Positions 59,746 to 64,000 of a stretch of 64,000 bases of DNA are shown here, piece after piece (the stretch's first letter is position 1; each line of letters starts with the position of its first letter). The notes under the pieces are model-generated. The model saw only the letters and a program-made list of their open reading frames with translations, was not told the DNA's origin and ran no database searches. The stretch lies in assembly GCA_965200315.1 (NCBI GenBank), contig OZ241362.1, forward strand, positions 1,024,001-1,088,000, given 5' to 3'. The translations under genes and the position numbers were made by a program. Source of the DNA: Candidatus Latescibacterota bacterium (GTDB lineage: Bacteria; Latescibacterota; UBA2968; UBA8231).

Positions 59746-60867
59746 TTATTCCACCCGGTGCGCCATAAGCACCGCTTCGTCGAGTTCAATTCCCAAGCCG
59801 GGCGCGTCCGGCACCCGGATGTGACCGTCTATTGTGGTTTCTGCCGGACGCACCAACTCGCCGCGCCAATCCACCTCGCCAAACGCGTATTCGAGCACTG
59901 TGAAGTTGGCAACCGTCGCCGCCAAATGCACCCCAGCTATCGTCGATACCGGACCAGCCGGGCTGTGGGGCGCAATCGGCATCTGCGCTATTTCGGCCAG
60001 CGCGGCAATGCGCCGGCATTCGGTAATGCCACCAGCGTGTTTGACATCCGGCATCAGCACATCCACTGCTCCTTGGGCAATATAGGGCCAAAACCCCTCG
60101 CGACCGACGAGCGCCTCGCCACCGGCAATGGTCTGACCCGAGTATAGCCGCAACTGGCGCAGCGCATCGACTTGGGCGCGCGGCACTGGCTCCTCAAACC
60201 AGTAAAGATTGAGCGGACGCACCTTTTCGGCCACCTTAAAGGCCAAGGCCAAGTCAAAGCGCTGATGACAATCCACCAACAACTCGATTTCGTCGCCAAT
60301 GGCCTCTCGCGTCGCCACCAGCCGCGCGATTCCTTGGTCCGCGTCGCGCTCAACTCCACCGCGGTCCATCCGCCGCCAATGCACCTCGTCAAAGGGCGTA
60401 CTCTTGACGGCACCAAAGCCGGCATCGACCGCTCGGCGCGCTGCATCGGCAAACCCCTGTGGGCTGCGGTCGCGGGTGCCGCGATTGAGATTGGCGTACA
60501 AGCGCACGACATCGCGCCGCTTGCCACCCAATAGACGCCAAGCCGGCACCCCGAGCGCCTTGCCAGCCAAATCCCACAGCGCTTGGTCGATTGCGCTCCG
60601 CGCTGTGGCTCCGACGCGGCCGGTATCGCCCGAGAAAATGGCCGATCCCCGCGCCATTCGCTCCCACAACACCTCTACCTGAGTCGGGTCCGCACCCACC
60701 AATCGCGGCCCCAATTGCTCCAACGCGGCCGCGACCAAACCGTCGTTGCCACTCTGGCTCGCTTCGCCCAGCCCGCTCAACCCAGCGTCGGTGTGCAGTT
60801 GGACGAAGAGCCAATTGCCGCGGGGCGACGCCGCCACCGAATGTAATTCTAAATGAGTGATTTTCAC
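59746..60867 (-). CDS. Mandelate racemase/galactonate dehydratase (DgoD-like) enolase superfamily enzyme
   Basis: AIDQALWDLAGK, KSTPF, VDCH, WFEEP, GGE, MPDVKHAGG, APH, PGLG. Confidence 0.88.
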   Translation of the reverse strand: MKITHLELHSVAASPRGNWLFVQLHTDAGLSGLGEASQSGNDGLVAAALEQLGPRLVGADPTQVEVLWERMARGSAIFSGDTGRVGATARSAIDQALWDLAGKALGVPAWRLLGGKRRDVVRLYANLNRGTRDRSPQGFADAARRAVDAGFGAVKSTPFDEVHWRRMDRGGVERDADQGIARLVATREAIGDEIELLVDCHQRFDLALAFKVAEKVRPLNLYWFEEPVPRAQVDALRQLRLYSGQTIAGGEALVGREGFWPYIAQGAVDVLMPDVKHAGGITECRRIAALAEIAQMPIAPHSPAGPVSTIAGVHLAATVANFTVLEYAFGEVDWRGELVRPAETTIDGHIRVPDAPGLGIELDEAVLMAHRVE

Positions 60868-61006
60868 CTAATCTCTCCAGCTTAAAACTGCGTCCTCAGA
60901 AAACATAAAGAAGAGACGGTCTAGCCGCTACGAGCAGAGAGGTTCACGCGGTTCAACTAAGTCGTTATGTTTTTAATCCGCTCCCTCTTTCCCCGGAGGT
61001 GAAAGC

Positions 61007-63256
61007 ATGGATCTTTTCGACGCCGGACTGCGAGATCGCCAAGCGGCGGACCAACCCCTAGCCGCTCGCCTGCGGCCGCGCACCTTAGACGAATACGTCG
61101 GCCAAGACCACATTCTCGGGCCGGGCCGCCTGCTGAGGCGCGCCATTGAGGCCGACCAGCTTTCCTCGCTGATTTTCTACGGCCCGCCCGGCACGGGCAA
61201 AACCACGCTCGCCGCGGTCATCGCCCACACCACCCGCGCCCATTTTATCTCTATCAACGCCGTCTTAGCCGGGGTCGCCGATATTCGCCAAGCCGTCGAT
61301 GAGGCCGGCCAGTTGCGCAAGCTGCACAGCCGCAAAACCATCCTCTTCATCGACGAGGTCCACCGCTTCAACAAGGCCCAGCAAGACGCGCTCCTGCCTT
61401 GGGTCGAAAACGGCACCATCATCCTCATCGGCGCGACCACCGAGAACCCCTACTTCTCGGTCAATCGCCCTCTGCTCTCGCGCAGCCGGGTTTTTCAGCT
61501 CCAAGGCCTTAGTTGCGAAGCCCTCGGGCACATCGCCCAACAGGCACTTACCGACTCGCGCGGCTACGGCCATCTCCGCGTCGTTCTGCACCCCGACGCC
61601 CGCGCCCACCTGATCGACGTGGCCAACGGCGACGCCCGCGCCTTGCTCAACGCCTTGGAGCTAGCGGTCGAAACCACCGAGCCAGACACTCAAGGGCGAA
61701 TCGCCATCGACCTAGCGGTGGCCGAGGAGTCCATCCAGCGTCGTGCCCTGCTCTACGACAAGGAGGGCGACTACCACTTCGATGCCATCAGTGCCTTTAT
61801 CAAGTCCATGCGCGGCTCAGACCCCGACGCTGCCCTCTACTGGCTGGCGCGGATGGTGTACGCCGGCGAAGACCCGCGCTTTCTCTTCCGCCGCATGCTC
61901 ATCTTCGCCAGCGAGGACATTGGCCTCGCCGACGAGCGTGCCCTCCAAGTCGTCCTAGCCGCGGCTGAATCCTTCGACCGCATCGGCCTGCCCGAGGGGC
62001 GCTTCCCTTTGGCCCACGCCGCCTTGTATTTGGCCACCGCGCCCAAGAGCAATTCGACTATGGCCTTCTTCGACTCGCTAGCGGTTGTGGAAAAAGAGCG
62101 CGAAGGCGAGGTGCCCACCCACCTCAAGGACGCCAGCCGCGACAGCGAGGGCTTTGGCCACGGTGCCGGCTATCTCTACCCCCACGCCTACCGAGAGCAC
62201 TGGGTTGCCCAGCAGTACCTACCCGCCGATCTACAGGGCCGCATCTTCTACCAGCCATCGGATCAAGGCCGAGAAAAAGACCTCGGCGACCGCGTCCGCC
62301 AACGCCGCGAGCTACAGCTCGCCGCCATGCGCGAAGCAGAGTCCGCCCCGGCTGAGGTGCTGTCCCTGTCTCCGCCTGACCAAGCGCGCGACCAGTGGCT
62401 CAAGCGCACCAGCGGCGACGTTAGCGCCCAGCTAGAGCGCACTCGCCAACGCCTCTTCGCCCCGCTTGCGCTCGCGCGCCACCACCTCGTCCTCGACTTG
62501 GAGGCCGGAACGGGCCTGCTCACCTGGGAGGCCCTGCGGCGCGTACCCGAAGGGGGCGTCTGGGCACATACCAGCGACAAGATCGCGGCCGTAGCCCTGC
62601 ACGAAACCGCTACCCACCTAGCCGAGGTTGAGCGTCCCCAAGTCCTACAAGGACCGCTGGCCACCCTAGCCGACCAGCTTGCCAGCCACAATCCCGACAT
62701 CCTCTTTGACGCCATCGTCGGGCGCAACGCCATCGGCGCGCTAGCGCACAAGGAAGAATTCATAGCAACTCTGCATCGCTACCTCGCCCCACAAAGCCGC
62801 GTCAGCTTGGTCGAGACCCTCTCTCGCCGGTCGCAGCGCTTGTATCAGTTGCTCGACTTACAGCAACTCGGCGGCCTAGGCGAGCACCTCGTCGCCGCCG
62901 AAGAGGCCATCTACGCCGCGCCCGACAACCCGCGAGTCAACTGGGACGTCGCGGATCTCGAACAAATGTTCGCGGTCGCGGGCTTCGGCGCGGTGCAGGT
63001 GCGGGTGGAAGCAGTCCAGTCGCAGCGCCACATCGAGCCGCGCCATATAGCACACTGGTTCAATCTCGGCGGCGAAAAGCGACACACCTACGCCCACCAT
63101 CTGACCCAGCATCTCGACGCCGACGAACTGCGGCAGGTGCGCAGGTTCTTCGAGCAGAGCTTGGCCAACCACGCAGTGACTTGGACGACGCCTCAGGTAT
63201 TTATCGCAGCTAAAAAGCGGCAAGGGAATGATGCAGATGCAGCACCCAAGAATTGA
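61007..63256 (+). CDS. rarA: Replication-associated recombination protein A (RarA/MgsA) with C-terminal SAM-methyltransferase-like domain
   Basis: [54 protein letters not shown]; C-terminal [11 protein letters not shown]. Confidence 0.9.
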   Translation: MDLFDAGLRDRQAADQPLAARLRPRTLDEYVGQDHILGPGRLLRRAIEADQLSSLIFYGPPGTGKTTLAAVIAHTTRAHFISINAVLAGVADIRQAVDEAGQLRKLHSRKTILFIDEVHRFNKAQQDALLPWVENGTIILIGATTENPYFSVNRPLLSRSRVFQLQGLSCEALGHIAQQALTDSRGYGHLRVVLHPDARAHLIDVANGDARALLNALELAVETTEPDTQGRIAIDLAVAEESIQRRALLYDKEGDYHFDAISAFIKSMRGSDPDAALYWLARMVYAGEDPRFLFRRMLIFASEDIGLADERALQVVLAAAESFDRIGLPEGRFPLAHAALYLATAPKSNSTMAFFDSLAVVEKEREGEVPTHLKDASRDSEGFGHGAGYLYPHAYREHWVAQQYLPADLQGRIFYQPSDQGREKDLGDRVRQRRELQLAAMREAESAPAEVLSLSPPDQARDQWLKRTSGDVSAQLERTRQRLFAPLALARHHLVLDLEAGTGLLTWEALRRVPEGGVWAHTSDKIAAVALHETATHLAEVERPQVLQGPLATLADQLASHNPDILFDAIVGRNAIGALAHKEEFIATLHRYLAPQSRVSLVETLSRRSQRLYQLLDLQQLGGLGEHLVAAEEAIYAAPDNPRVNWDVADLEQMFAVAGFGAVQVRVEAVQSQRHIEPRHIAHWFNLGGEKRHTYAHHLTQHLDADELRQVRRFFEQSLANHAVTWTTPQVFIAAKKRQGNDADAAPKN

Positions 63257-63316
63257 TTTATGACGGCTCACGGCTTACCTTATCCGCATTTGGCCACCCC
63301 TAACCCACCATAGACC

Positions 63317-64000
63317 ATGATTGTCAAGTGCCTAACCTGTCTGCTTCTACTGAGTCTCAGCGCCTGTAGCACTACCGAGGAGCAGGTCGTCGAACTCCTA
63401 GAACAGCTAGCCGCCAATCCGGTTGATTCGCCGGCCTATCAGCAATCCATCGACGAATTGGCCGCCATTGGTCGGCCCGCCGCCCGCCAGCTCATCGCCC
63501 GCCTCAACCCCGACTTGTACCTCGGCGAGAACTACCGAGAGTTCCGCGACGAACAGGAAAAGCTCCGCGTCGGCTGTGCCCGAGCGCTGGGCCACATCAA
63601 GCCGCGCGGGGCCACGGCCGCGCTCAAGGATCGGATCACAACCGCGTACACCGACCGCGAGCGCATCGCCTGCCTGTGGGCCATGGGCCAAGTCGGCTAC
63701 GTCCAAGCGGGCGTAGATGCGGCCAAGGGCCAGCTCGAAGACGACGATCCCATCATCCGCATCCACGCGGCCATTGCCCTGCTCAAGATGGACGACGAGC
63801 TTGGCACCAGTGAAATCGAAGCGGCCCTAGCCAGCAGCGACCCGGAATTGGCCCAAACCGCCCTGCAAGGGTTAGAGGAATCCGGCTACTTCGGCGTCCC
63901 GCTGCTCGTGGTACTAAGCGGCCGCGCCGGTCCTCACCAAGCCGCGCTGCGCTCGGTGGTAGCCAAGGTCAAAGACCAACTCATCATTCAGCTAGAGGCC
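63317..64000 (+). CDS. HEAT-repeat lipoprotein, 3' end runs off the window
   Basis: Manual translation MIVKCLTCLLLLSLSAC lipobox; repeats LRVGCARALGHI, ERIACLWAMGQV, IRIHAAIALLKM. Confidence 0.75.
   Translation, partial: MIVKCLTCLLLLSLSACSTTEEQVVELLEQLAANPVDSPAYQQSIDELAAIGRPAARQLIARLNPDLYLGENYREFRDEQEKLRVGCARALGHIKPRGATAALKDRITTAYTDRERIACLWAMGQVGYVQAGVDAAKGQLEDDDPIIRIHAAIALLKMDDELGTSEIEAALASSDPELAQTALQGLEESGYFGVPLLVVLSGRAGPHQAALRSVVAKVKDQLIIQLEA

Noticed and set aside
60940-60957. GTTC-N5-GTTC upstream of rarA as an SOS box
   Set aside because: Spacing differs from the GTTC-N7-GTTC box and no matching site was seen at uvrB or addB.

Overview
A GC-rich bacterial chromosome segment. Its gene repertoire (discoidin/FlgD-Ig surface proteins with PNxFSPNGDGxND tails, a TWGQIK-tailed secreted protein, a CRTAC1/ASPIC-UnbV protein, many toxin-antitoxin remnants) suggests a Latescibacterota-like organism; this is inference only. 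1-11.9 kb is a minus-strand cell-surface locus: three paralogous discoidin/FlgD-type proteins, a probable Ca-binding outer-membrane beta-barrel, a TWGQIK-tailed protein and a double-parvulin lipoprotein, interrupted by a ~380 bp MITE-like element. 12-28.6 kb is mostly housekeeping and metabolism (smr, CinA-NadD-like fusion, NRAMP-like transporter, galU, sulfite/nitrite reductase, ferredoxin, E1 alpha/beta, SDR, ABC ATPase, uvrB, dnaK) with decayed TA/ATPase fragments. 28.7-40.4 kb is an integrase-less defence island. In transcription order it holds a pseudogenised HigB-like toxin, a long-tailed HTH antitoxin, a DUF3467-like gene, type III Res, a Schlafen/AlbA_2-HATPase protein with an Ig-like tail, BrnTA, MntA/HepT scars, HicB, a type III Mod split by a G14 tract, and a GmrSD-like gene. 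40.5-64 kb holds Zn-ADH, a CsgG/FlgT-like lipoprotein, addB-addA, a CRTAC1-like gene, pgi, gnd, an HTH protein with a histone-like linker, GT2, dsbD, a ribB-like gene, a dgoD-like gene, rarA and a HEAT-repeat lipoprotein. No rRNA, tRNA or CRISPR array was seen. Best leads: the poly-G switch located after the Mod catalytic core, the TAC-like HigB-HigA-DUF3467 triad, the Schlafen-Ig protein coupled to Res, and the surface locus.
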